A stretch of DNA of 64,000 nucleotides, taken from contig MEOA01000012.1 of NCBI GenBank assembly GCA_001768515.1, positions 9,275 through 73,274 of the forward strand, given 5' to 3'. The notes under the pieces were generated by a model. That model was not told where the DNA came from. It searched no databases and was given only the letters and a program-made list of their open reading frames with translations. The position numbers and the translations under genes were made by a program. Positions 38,727-47,480 of this stretch are shown piece by piece; position 1 is the stretch's first letter; each line of letters starts with the position of its first letter. Source of the DNA: Bacteroidetes bacterium GWE2_42_24 (GTDB lineage: Bacteria > Bacteroidota > Bacteroidia > Bacteroidales > TTA-H9).

Positions 38727-39899
38727 CTAATTCTCCCTCTGGTCAGCCAAATTCACCAATTCCAATAACCGCTGTTCATTAATCTCGGTGACAATTCCCT
38801 GAGGGTGCCAATGTTTCCGACAGCCACAGAAATCGAGCAACAGGCACTGGGCCGGGATGTTAAGTTCACGCATCTCATAGCCTCCGGGAACCAGATTGAG
38901 CAAGCAGGCCACAGCGATGAGGCCGGTTTCGGTACTGTTCTCCCAACGCTTCAGCCATTGGGTAAAACCCGAAGAATGGGGTACAATGAATACATCAAAA
39001 TCATGCTGTAACCCGAGTTGCCGCAGCCGGTTAACCCGACAGTCGTGTGTGCAGCCGGTACAGGTAATGTTCAACCCATCAATGCTGGCTTTACAGTTCA
39101 TGGCATCACCGGGACGCATACAGCCTGGTACCAGCAGGGTCTTTTTCCCGGTCTGATTATAACTTGCAGCGAAACCCCGGTTCATGATCTCTGATCCTAC
39201 CATGTTCAAATGGTATTCAACTTCCTGTTTACCGCAGAAAATAACATCCTCGCGGTGACGATATGCCGGATGCTTTTCTTTAAGAAACACACCAACACCG
39301 GTAGTGAATTTCCCCAATCTCTCGCTTGATTCTTCTTTAAACCAATCGAACACCGCCAACACCTCCCCTAAAACACTTTCGACATAATCAGCCTGTCGGT
39401 GTTCAAAAAAATCATTCCAGGTCTGCAACCGTTTGGTCTCATCCTTAAATTCTCCTGTTGCGCCAAGCCAGCGAATCAGAAGTCTGAAATTATGCAACGA
39501 GAAGGAGGAATCCTTTGCCGGTGTTCCAATACGCGGAACGATACACCGGCCACTGATTAAACCCCTGAGGGTGTCGGCCATCGGCTTTAGCCGTTGGTTG
39601 GCCCGACGAATATCAAAAAGTCGCTGAAGCAACAATGTCGTTAACAACGGGGTTCGCTGGGCTGCGCCAAGGTATCGGCTCCAGGTCATGCCAATGGTGA
39701 GCAGTTCGACGGCATATTCGGCACGGCTGCGTGGCTGCTCTATGGACTTATCTCCGACAAAAGAGATCATGGTACTGATGGTAGTTCCAAGATGCTCTTC
39801 AATGTGTGCATTGACTTCCGTGGCAAAACGGTTAATCCCGAGGTAAAATGTATTCGAGTCGCGATCTCCGCACCGAAGATCATAGGTGATGTGTTTCAT
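38727..39899 (-). CDS. DUF116-domain protein with a long N-terminal helical extension
   Basis: The C-terminal ~160 aa fit the DUF116 Cys pattern (LLVPGCMRPGDAMNCKA...CTGCTHDCRVNRL...GLIAVACLLNLVPGGYE...DFCGC). I prefer ATG 39899 (MKHITYDL..); the ORF stays open to 40076, but that N-terminus looks non-native. Confidence 0.6.
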   Translation of the reverse strand: MKHITYDLRCGDRDSNTFYLGINRFATEVNAHIEEHLGTTISTMISFVGDKSIEQPRSRAEYAVELLTIGMTWSRYLGAAQRTPLLTTLLLQRLFDIRRANQRLKPMADTLRGLISGRCIVPRIGTPAKDSSFSLHNFRLLIRWLGATGEFKDETKRLQTWNDFFEHRQADYVESVLGEVLAVFDWFKEESSERLGKFTTGVGVFLKEKHPAYRHREDVIFCGKQEVEYHLNMVGSEIMNRGFAASYNQTGKKTLLVPGCMRPGDAMNCKASIDGLNITCTGCTHDCRVNRLRQLGLQHDFDVFIVPHSSGFTQWLKRWENSTETGLIAVACLLNLVPGGYEMRELNIPAQCLLLDFCGCRKHWHPQGIVTEINEQRLLELVNLADQREN

Positions 39900-40335
39900 C
39901 TGATTGTTTCCGTATTGATAATGTGACGACCGGGAACAGGCGGTCGTATTACTCCCGGTATAAATATACCCGTAAAACAGACGTATGATCCAGAGGGAGG
40001 TTACAACATGTGACAGGAAGAAGGACAGGCATTGAATCAAACCATTACCAGAAGACGGCTTAACAAATTCCTGCATTGACTTTTCCTTGCAGGTTAAATG
40101 AAGCGTGATGAATTACATTCAGAAGATAAAATAAAATGTATCCCTTTCGGGCAGCCGCGCGGTTCATCGCTGTGTTCCATAAATACTCAGGTGTGACGCC
40201 GCAAAAAAATTTCATCTATACAGCTCTATAACATGAGTTTGGCACGATTTTTTGTATAAACAACAAGGTTGGTTTTGAATAGAATCATAACAAAATCTCA
40301 AGCGAAAACGGATCGTTAACAGACCCTGGCCACAC

Positions 40336-40379
40336 GCTTGATCTACGCTTGATCTACGGTTCATCTACGGTTCATCTTC
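40336..40379. repeat. Four head-to-tail 11-nt repeats (GCTTGATCTAC x2, GGTTCATCTAC, GGTTCATCTTC)
   Basis: Read directly from the sequence. The period is exactly 11 nt and the repeats are intergenic. Related half-copies are GGTTCATC at 40161-40168 and TTCATCTA at 40211-40218. Confidence 0.85.
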
Positions 40380-40580
40380 GTATGGAACCAAAAGATGGCA
40401 TACTTCTGAACAGACCCTCAACAGCCCGGAACCGAGCCTTGCAAGCCGGCTGCAACAGTTTTCAGTTTTAAATGGGTACCCAATCTTTCAAAGGCAAAAG
40501 GAAAAAGGTGAAGGTTCTTTCACCGTTGGGGCTGCTATAATTATCAATTAATTATTTCATTCACCTAAATTTTTAATGTC

Positions 40581-41225
40581 ATGAAGATCAATGCTTTCTT
40601 TACAGATTATGCCGGAAAAATTGGCAATATATCTGTTTACAATGCTTACGGGCAAAACATTGCAAGAACACTCCCGGGTAAGCCGAAAAAAAAGGCCAGG
40701 GGAAGAAAACTGGAATGCCAGAAGGATTTTGGCCGCGTAATGCGCGTGTTACAGCGTCTGGCTGATTACATCAGAATCGGATTTTCAATCAGGCAGGAAG
40801 CACGTTCAGCATTCGCCGGGGCCTTGTCGGCCAACATCAAGAGAATGAACCAGTCTGAACAGAAGAGTGGTCTCGGGTGGCTGCTGATCAGTAAAGGGCA
40901 ACGGGCAGGAGCTACAAAGCTGACTGTTGAACAAAGCAGTACCACTGAAGCACTGGTCTGCTGGGACGATCCGGTAATCTGGCAAACATGGTCGGGAAAT
41001 GATGTGGCGATGGTCGCCGCTGTCAATGACCGGTCGCTGGAAGTGACAGGTATCCCGTCGGTTGTTACCCGCTCACAGAAACAAGCGAGCATCACGCTGC
41101 CACCTGCAAAGCCGGGCGACACCATCTGGTTCTTCATCGGGTTCTACTCCCTGGAAGAACTTCTCGTAAAGACCAGTACCTCAGCAGTATCTGACAGTCA
41201 ATTAATCGGCACAATGATGGTCTGA
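40581..41225 (+). CDS. Hypothetical protein, DUF6266-like
   Basis: 214 aa. The N-terminus (..YAGKIGNISVYNAYGQNIARTLPGKPKKKARGRK..) and the C-terminal ..SDSQLIG resemble, from memory, a Bacteroidota-specific uncharacterised family (DUF6266). This was not verified by a search. Confidence 0.5.
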   Translation: MKINAFFTDYAGKIGNISVYNAYGQNIARTLPGKPKKKARGRKLECQKDFGRVMRVLQRLADYIRIGFSIRQEARSAFAGALSANIKRMNQSEQKSGLGWLLISKGQRAGATKLTVEQSSTTEALVCWDDPVIWQTWSGNDVAMVAAVNDRSLEVTGIPSVVTRSQKQASITLPPAKPGDTIWFFIGFYSLEELLVKTSTSAVSDSQLIGTMMV

Positions 41226-41385
41226 AGATAAATATAAAACAAGACACCTTAAGTTGCCGCATCAACAATCCGTCACAGGAACCATTGCAAAAGGCGTTGG
41301 CATTGGTAAATGCCCATGAAAGCAGGCTGACTGTATGTAATACCTTTAAGAGTTTTATTACTGATGCCAATCGCCTTCAGCATCA

Positions 41386-42144
41386 TCAGCGATCCATCCA
41401 CACCCTGAATTCTCCCACCCTTTCACGACTGACAAACACCTCGTCGGTTTTTACCCCCTTCACGCGAAGTTTCAAGCGCGAGCCACTAAATACCGTCACG
41501 CTCTCGATAGCGTCGACAGCTATGATATATTTTCGGCTGATGCGGAAAAACTTCGCAGGATCAAGCAACCGGGTAAGCTGATCAAGGGTAAGATCAAGGT
41601 CATAGAGCCGGCCCTCGGCCGAAGAAGCAAATGTATCTCCTTCAAGGCTGACGAAGGCCGCGATTTGCGATACCGGCAGTAAGTGAATTTTTTCGCCCGA
41701 CCTGATCATGAACCGCTCTTTATATCGTCGGGTTATCATTTGCAGGGCCATGGCCAGTTCAGCCGTATTGGGCGATGGCAGTGAACCGGTGCTCTTCTCC
41801 TCCACCCTTCTGATGGCTTCGGCAAGTTCTTCGGGGACGATGGGCTTCAGCAGATAATCGATGCTATTCAACCTGAAAGCCTTTACCGCGTATTCGTTGA
41901 AGGCGGTTGTGAAAATCACCGGACACTTCACCCCCGATTGTTCCATGATATCGAAACCCAACCCGTCGCCCAACTGGATATCGAGCATCAAAAAATCAGG
42001 AGGTGGATTTGAATTCAGCCAGTCCAAAGAGGATTTCACACTTGCCAAAACAGCCTCCACCTTAACTAAAGGGGCAACCTGTCCGATTAGTTTCTCAAGC
42101 CGTTGAGCAGAGAGCCGTTCGTCGTCAATAATAATAGTTCTCAT
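41386..42144 (-). CDS. LytR/AlgR-family response regulator (receiver + LytTR DNA-binding domain)
   Basis: The receiver domain shows MRTIIIDDE...LMLDIQLGDG...TTAF. The C-terminal LytTR pattern is ..IHLLPVSQIAAFVSLEGDTF...FFRISRKYIIAVDAI.. Confidence 0.9.
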   Translation of the reverse strand: MRTIIIDDERLSAQRLEKLIGQVAPLVKVEAVLASVKSSLDWLNSNPPPDFLMLDIQLGDGLGFDIMEQSGVKCPVIFTTAFNEYAVKAFRLNSIDYLLKPIVPEELAEAIRRVEEKSTGSLPSPNTAELAMALQMITRRYKERFMIRSGEKIHLLPVSQIAAFVSLEGDTFASSAEGRLYDLDLTLDQLTRLLDPAKFFRISRKYIIAVDAIESVTVFSGSRLKLRVKGVKTDEVFVSRERVGEFRVWMDR

Positions 42145-43175
42145 GCGATGATGGGTATTCGTACAATAAAGCTATTGCCTTCGATACCCGAGAGCACTGG
42201 TTTAGGAGTAAGGACGGCATAACGCCCGGCGATGTTTTTCAGTCCGGTGCCGGTAGAAGGCTCAACGACTTCACGTGGCTGATAATTATTGCGGCAAACC
42301 ACGTACCCGTCTTCCTCGTAAACCTCAATCTTCAACGGGTTTTCTTCGGAGGTAATATTATGCTTCAGTGCATTCTCGAGTAACATTTGCAATGAGTGCG
42401 GCACGATTTTACCGACAGGGTTTTTAATATTGATGTTCACAACCAATTGCTCGGTAAACCGGTATTGCTGCATAAAAAGACAGGCATTGGCCAGATTGAG
42501 CTCTTCTGCCAGGCTCACCGTATCCCGATCATGCATGTCAAGTACGTAACGATACACCTCCGCCAGTTTGCCAATAAATTTCACGGCGGCCTGCGGTTCA
42601 GTCTCCACGAGCGAAGTGAGGACACTGAGACTATTGAACAGGAAATGGGGGTTCACCTGACTTCGCAACACCTCATATTGTGCTGAAAGGACATCCCGTT
42701 TGTATTGTTCTTCCCGCTGCATCCCTTCGCGCCAATGGCTCAGGAATTTCCTCAGGAAGAAAAACAGGAATATAATGATGGTAATTATAACAGCAATCAG
42801 TGTATGGATCAGTACAGACTCTATAAAACCTGTCCAATTGTTGTTGGCTTGGGCTCTCGGGTATAAAATGGCAAAATTGAAAGCACTTATGCTAATTAAA
42901 GTATAGACAATGCATAAGGTAAAGGTGATGGTAAATGTACGCCCCGGATTCACCTGCCATGGCCAATAACGGGGAACCCATCGGGAAATCACCTCACTTC
43001 CGGCCCAAACAATGACGCCTATAGAAACAGAATAGAGTGCCGTTGCAAAAAGATGTGGAAGTTTAAGAATACTAAATCCACTAAAAATAAAAGCAAACAA
43101 CAACCCAAATCCAATGGAAAGACCAAAGAGAATGCCGATACTTTTAACCCACTGAATGACTAAAGGACTTTTCAT
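42141..43175 (-). CDS. LytS/YehU-type sensor histidine kinase (multi-TM sensor, His_kinase + HATPase_c)
   Basis: Has about 4 N-terminal TM helices. The H-box region is VNPHFLFNSLSVL, followed by LENALKHN and an ATPase fold. It overlaps the regulator ATG by 4 nt. Confidence 0.85.
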   Translation of the reverse strand: MKSPLVIQWVKSIGILFGLSIGFGLLFAFIFSGFSILKLPHLFATALYSVSIGVIVWAGSEVISRWVPRYWPWQVNPGRTFTITFTLCIVYTLISISAFNFAILYPRAQANNNWTGFIESVLIHTLIAVIITIIIFLFFFLRKFLSHWREGMQREEQYKRDVLSAQYEVLRSQVNPHFLFNSLSVLTSLVETEPQAAVKFIGKLAEVYRYVLDMHDRDTVSLAEELNLANACLFMQQYRFTEQLVVNINIKNPVGKIVPHSLQMLLENALKHNITSEENPLKIEVYEEDGYVVCRNNYQPREVVEPSTGTGLKNIAGRYAVLTPKPVLSGIEGNSFIVRIPIIA

Positions 43176-43274
43176 GATGTAAAAATATGAAAATGGATTA
43201 TTGCATGGATCAGAGATTCAAAGATACCTGGTTAAAATCAGGAATCTTTGGATCATTGAATTTAAAACTATTGA

Positions 43275-43916
43275 TTAATCTAACCCGCACTCTTTAATCT
43301 TAGCTGCATTTTGCTCCTTTCCCCAATCAGGATGATATGGCGAACGAATCTTGTAGGACTCAAACTTTTGAGCAGCGGTCTCAAAAATGGGCTTTGCTTT
43401 TTCTTTACCACCACCAAACATCATAGGGGTATAAAGAACATTGGAAGCTTTCAGATACCATGCACGGGGATTATCAGGATCGAGCTTCATCGCTTTGTTG
43501 ATGTTATCGTTGGCCAAACCTGAATACTTCATACCACGGGTCATGGGGTTCACACTGATACGGGCCTGATCAAGCATGGCCATCAATACATAAAATTCAG
43601 CCTCATCGGGGTTGGAGGCGATGAGCTTATCAAGAATGATCTCCGCCTGATCGAGGATTGGATCAACCTCACCGGTTTCGTTTTCTGAGAATGCTTGTAG
43701 TACCATGCAATGGGCACTCCAGAAAGAGGCTTCCCAACGACCGGGTTCCGACTGTGCAAGACTGTTGAGTTGTGAAGCCACAAGAGCATAGTCCGCTCCG
43801 GTTTTAGCACTTCCAATCCGGGGAAGCAACGATTGAAGGTCTGCGTCATAGTCCTGAGTCATGCCGGTGAAGGATAACATGAACGTAGCAAAGAGCGTAA
43901 AAATTGAAGTTTTCAT
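43275..43916 (-). CDS. Exported TPR-like helical protein, function unknown
   Basis: 213 aa with a signal peptide (MKTSIFTLFATFMLSFTGMTQ). Helical repeat segments include ..NINKAMKLDPDNPRAWYLKA.. Confidence 0.6.
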   Translation of the reverse strand: MKTSIFTLFATFMLSFTGMTQDYDADLQSLLPRIGSAKTGADYALVASQLNSLAQSEPGRWEASFWSAHCMVLQAFSENETGEVDPILDQAEIILDKLIASNPDEAEFYVLMAMLDQARISVNPMTRGMKYSGLANDNINKAMKLDPDNPRAWYLKASNVLYTPMMFGGGKEKAKPIFETAAQKFESYKIRSPYHPDWGKEQNAAKIKECGLD

Positions 43917-43950
43917 AAATCTAAATAGTTAAGGATTAAAAAAGAATTAA

Positions 43951-46086
43951 TTAGCTAAAATTGATAAATACACCAATAAAGAAGAACCTGTCGGCTTCGG
44001 GTTTCACGGGGTCGGACATGAAAACGCCCTGAGGTGTCTGGTAGTAACGGTAGCCGAAAATATTCCGCTGCCCTGTAATGTTGCTGACCGAGAGATAAAG
44101 CACCGAGGTCTTCCCAAACAATGGAAAGAGGTAACTCGCGTTTAGGCTGATATCGAAATAGTTTGAGGTAATCTTGTCCATAAACCCTGATGAAGAAGGG
44201 TCATTGTAGGGTCGTCCTGAAGCCAGGGAAAGGGTGCCACCAAACTGTGTATTGAGTTTGGCTACCCACCACTTTGCCACGAGTGAGAAGTTGTGCTCAG
44301 GAGCAAAAGTGGGGCGTACTTTCGCGGGGAAATCGCGGTACAGACGACGTGTATCGATATAACTATACGACACCCAGTAATCAAGGGTTTTGATGGTTTG
44401 CTGGTCGCGCCAGAATATCTCGAGACCGCGGGCATAACCATTGCCCTTGTTGTTGTAAGTTGTTGCGTTGGTATAATCGTTACCGTCGTAACATACCAGG
44501 TTTGAATAATTTTTTTGGTATACCTCAACTCTGAAGATACGATTGTCTTTCTGTATCTGATAGTTGAGAATGTAATGTTCGGCTCTCTCGAAACTAAGGT
44601 CTTTGGTAAACCTAAGCAGTTGCTCCTGGGGTTTTTGGTTAAAAATACCTGAAGAAAGTGATATCTGGCTGTCTTCGCCAACCAGCCATGCAGCAGAGAA
44701 ACGGGGATTCACGACCAGTTCTCCCAGCATAGGTGACCATTCTCCACGCAGGCCAGCCCTGATAGCAATCTTTCGAAGTACCATCACCTCCGACTCGGCA
44801 AAAAGGGCAGGCATCTGATCGCTGATTTCAGCCCGGAAAAGAGGAACAGCAGTATCGGAATATTCCTGAACGAAGCGGCTTACGCTAATATCAGCACCGG
44901 CCAACAGGTTCACTTTGGGTGTAAACTCCTTTCGGAATGTAAGTTTACCCTGATAAAAGAGATCTGTTTCATCGACCCTGCGCTCCCCGGGTCTTAGCCT
45001 GTTATTATCATAGCTAAACGCCTGCCCCAGTTTCATGTCCCAGCCGTTACCGACTGGAGTTGTCCAGAGGCTGTTCAGGTACACGTTATCGTTATCCAGA
45101 TTGATGAGCGATTGCACCCCGCTATTATCATAATCAGGATACCAGAGTGCCACCCGGCTCAGAGAAGCATTACCCATTACACGCAATAATCCATCGCGGC
45201 CGGTTCTTTGCCGGAAGTTAAAATTACAACCAGCACCAAGGGGATCTTTGTCATAAGTTACCCTTTGCTTTACCAGATTGTTGTAGAGCTTCAAATCGTA
45301 GTACTCGGCACCAATGCTTCCTGAAGCCCTGTCGCCTGCCCACGTTTTTGAAACTGTAGTTCCAAGAGCCATCAGGCCCAGCCCCCATTGATTTCCATCA
45401 GCCAATCCGGTGGTGTTAAGGATAAGAGCCGAAGACAAAGCCTCACCGTATTGAGCAGAGTAGCCTCCTGAACTGAAGGTAGTTCCGGTAAAGAGCTGAG
45501 GGGAGAAACGGCCTCTGGAAGGGAGGTCGGGAGTTGTAGAAGAATAGGGTTTTTTCACGCGCATACCGTCGATATACGTATTGGTTTCATAGGCATCGCC
45601 ACCCCTTACAAAAAGTCGCCCATCCTCACCAACTACCGAGGTGCCGGGAAGAGTACTCAGGGCACCATAAATATCGCCGGCAGCACTTGCAGTTGTCAGG
45701 ATGTCGAGTGGTTTCAACGTAACCCCTTTCTTCTTGTCGGAAGCCTCGAAACTTCCGGCTGTAATGACAACATCTGCCAACGAAGCCGACTGTTCACGCA
45801 GGCGGAAATCAGCAATAAGATCCGTTCCATTAAGTTTAACGGGGATTTCACAAGGTTCGAATCCGATATAGGTGGTCAGGAGGATGACCTCGCCCTTGCG
45901 TCGTGTAGAAAAGGAATAACGACCAAGCGTATCGGAAGAGGCTCCGTCGATAGAACCCTTTACCATGACATTTGCACCTGGAAGCGGTTCATTTTTCATA
46001 TTGGTAATGACTCCGGTAATATGGGTCTGGCTTTGGACCATCGAAGCGAAGAAGGTCAGAATGAAAAGTGTCAAGAAATATTTCAT
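43951..46086 (-). CDS. TonB-dependent receptor with N-terminal CarboxypepD_reg-like domain
   Basis: ATG 46086 gives a signal peptide (MKYFLTLFILTFFASMVQSQ). The CarboxypepD_reg region is ITGVITNMKNEPLPGANVMVKG...GRYSF and the plug region is LDILTTASAAGDIYGALSTLPG...FVRGG. It has a large beta-barrel. No STN signalling domain is seen. Confidence 0.9.
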   Translation of the reverse strand: MKYFLTLFILTFFASMVQSQTHITGVITNMKNEPLPGANVMVKGSIDGASSDTLGRYSFSTRRKGEVILLTTYIGFEPCEIPVKLNGTDLIADFRLREQSASLADVVITAGSFEASDKKKGVTLKPLDILTTASAAGDIYGALSTLPGTSVVGEDGRLFVRGGDAYETNTYIDGMRVKKPYSSTTPDLPSRGRFSPQLFTGTTFSSGGYSAQYGEALSSALILNTTGLADGNQWGLGLMALGTTVSKTWAGDRASGSIGAEYYDLKLYNNLVKQRVTYDKDPLGAGCNFNFRQRTGRDGLLRVMGNASLSRVALWYPDYDNSGVQSLINLDNDNVYLNSLWTTPVGNGWDMKLGQAFSYDNNRLRPGERRVDETDLFYQGKLTFRKEFTPKVNLLAGADISVSRFVQEYSDTAVPLFRAEISDQMPALFAESEVMVLRKIAIRAGLRGEWSPMLGELVVNPRFSAAWLVGEDSQISLSSGIFNQKPQEQLLRFTKDLSFERAEHYILNYQIQKDNRIFRVEVYQKNYSNLVCYDGNDYTNATTYNNKGNGYARGLEIFWRDQQTIKTLDYWVSYSYIDTRRLYRDFPAKVRPTFAPEHNFSLVAKWWVAKLNTQFGGTLSLASGRPYNDPSSSGFMDKITSNYFDISLNASYLFPLFGKTSVLYLSVSNITGQRNIFGYRYYQTPQGVFMSDPVKPEADRFFFIGVFINFS

Positions 46087-46235
46087 GATTTGAGATTTTT
46101 GCGCAATGGTAATGACATCCACAATTGTTTGATTGACCACCCTTGCCGTCGTATTAACCATTCTTGCGACAATATTCATTTCGTTTTGCATATCACTGAT
46201 TGTATGATGCAAAGATGTGCATCACCCGGATCCCC

Positions 46236-46397
46236 TTGCAATTAAAAATCGGTGAACTGCGGCATTAAGGATGTGAAAGGAAGGAAATGGGAGGTGAAGA
46301 GGGGGAAACGACTATCTGTGTTTCCCGGTTAACCATGCACGTTAACTTCAATGGAGCTACTGAGCAAATGCATGCCTAATTGCAATGGTAATTGCAA
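46236..46397. promoter_or_regulatory. Three copies of the 9-mer TAATTGCAA (two direct, 12-bp period; one inverted) in the TonB-receptor/marC divergent spacer
   Basis: TTGCAATTA lies at 46236-46244 (inverted). TAATTGCAA lies at 46377-46385 and 46389-46397. The function is inferred only. Confidence 0.3.
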
Positions 46398-46564
46398 CAA
46401 TGTCGTGTGTATTTCAGGTGGTACAGGTGCTCATTGTAAACTTTGCCGAGACAGATCTGGCTCAGGAGCCAGTCAGGCGATATTAGTCGGCACGACAACT
46501 CAGTGGTCAAACGGCTCAAAGGCTAAACACGCCAAATACCTTACCTTTGCCGAAAATTCGTCAG

Positions 46565-47149
46565 ATGATTGAAAAAATAAACCTTGTTCAGATATTCAGT
46601 GCTTTCGTGGTGCTGTTCGCGATTATAGATGTTTTGGGTTCCACCCCTATCTTTCTTAGTCTGAAAAGCCAGCATAAGCAAATTAAAGCAGGCAGGGCGG
46701 TTTTAGTCTCGCTGGCCATCTTCCTTGCTTTTATTTTTGCAGGAGAGGCAATGCTCAACCTTTTCGGGGTAGATGTGGCTTCGTTTGCGGTAGCAGGCTC
46801 ATTTGTAATTTTTATACTTGCCCTGGAGATGATTCTTGGTGTTGAGATTATCAAGAGTGAAGGGAGATCAGGTGCTACGCTTGTTCCGGTAGCCTTTCCT
46901 CTGATTGCAGGACCCGGTGCTATGACCACACTCCTCTCGCTCAGGGCAGAATATCACATGGTTAATATCCTTATCGGATTGGGACTCAACCTTATCTTCG
47001 TCTATTTTGTACTCAGGTCGGTTGATAAGATAGAGAAAGTGGTTGGCGGCGATATCATCTTCATTCTACGCAAATTCTTCGGTGTAATTTTATTGGCCAT
47101 TGCGGTCAAACTGTTTGCCACCAACCTTCAGGTTGTTATGGGTCAATAA
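46565..47149 (+). CDS. MarC-family (UPF0056) integral membrane protein
   Basis: ATG 46565 gives a ~194-aa protein with 6 TM segments. It begins ..FVVLFAIIDVLGSTPIFLSL.., as MarC-family proteins do. Confidence 0.85.
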   Translation: MIEKINLVQIFSAFVVLFAIIDVLGSTPIFLSLKSQHKQIKAGRAVLVSLAIFLAFIFAGEAMLNLFGVDVASFAVAGSFVIFILALEMILGVEIIKSEGRSGATLVPVAFPLIAGPGAMTTLLSLRAEYHMVNILIGLGLNLIFVYFVLRSVDKIEKVVGGDIIFILRKFFGVILLAIAVKLFATNLQVVMGQ

Positions 47150-47286
47150 GAGAGAGGGGATGGTATTAGCCAATACCATCAGCCAATGCCAACGTATTTT
47201 CAAGCCTTACACTAAATTGGTTAAAACATTTAATGCATAGGCATCATGCTACGCACAGCACCACAAGTAACCAGAATCCTCTCCCA

Positions 47287-47472
47287 TTAACCCGCCGCCA
47301 CATCCTTGTCCGGCTGAGATGCTTTTGGCAAGCGGCCGGCCTCCTTCAGGGCACGCGCAATGATCCATTCAATCTGACCATTGACACTTCTGAATTCGTC
47401 GGCCGCCCAGGATTCGATTGCATTCATCACTGCAGGATCGATTCGCAGGGCAAAGTTTTTCTTTTGAGCCAT
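47287..47472 (-). CDS. Arc/MetJ-type ribbon-helix-helix DNA-binding protein
   Basis: 61 aa. KKNFALRIDPAVMNAIESWAADEFRSVNGQIEWIIARALKEAG fits the beta-strand / helix / helix RHH pattern. It starts 8 nt after the SPFH gene stop. Confidence 0.65.
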   Translation of the reverse strand: MAQKKNFALRIDPAVMNAIESWAADEFRSVNGQIEWIIARALKEAGRLPKASQPDKDVAAG

Positions 47473-47480
47473 CGCGAAGA

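Noticed and set aside
40240-40256. TGGCACGatttttTTGT, a sigma-54-like element in the DUF116/DUF6266 spacer. A similar TGGCACGgtttTAGG lies at 61844.
   Set aside because: In the first case the -12 TTG is displaced by one nt from the strict GG-N10-GC spacing. In the second there is no -12 element. TGGCAC alone is expected about 30 times by chance in this window.
40336-40379. Considered whether the tandem repeats could be a degenerate CRISPR array or a coding repeat.
   Set aside because: The units are only 11 nt long, directly abut one another with no spacers, and lie outside any plausible ORF.
46087-46350. Possible cobalamin or other riboswitch in the leader of the TonB-dependent receptor.
   Set aside because: On the minus strand a B12-box-like CCACTG (about 46505) lies upstream of, not downstream of, the GGGAAAC-type element (about 46310). 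It also falls beyond the divergent spacer logic. The order and core motifs do not fit.
46351-46572. A 73-aa Cys-rich ORF (MELLSKCMPNCNGNCNNVVCISGG...) that superficially resembles a RiPP precursor.
   Set aside because: The NCNGNCN pattern is simply the translation of the TAATTGCAA direct DNA repeat. The ORF runs into the marC start and has no nearby maturation genes. A cis-regulatory DNA repeat is the more likely explanation.
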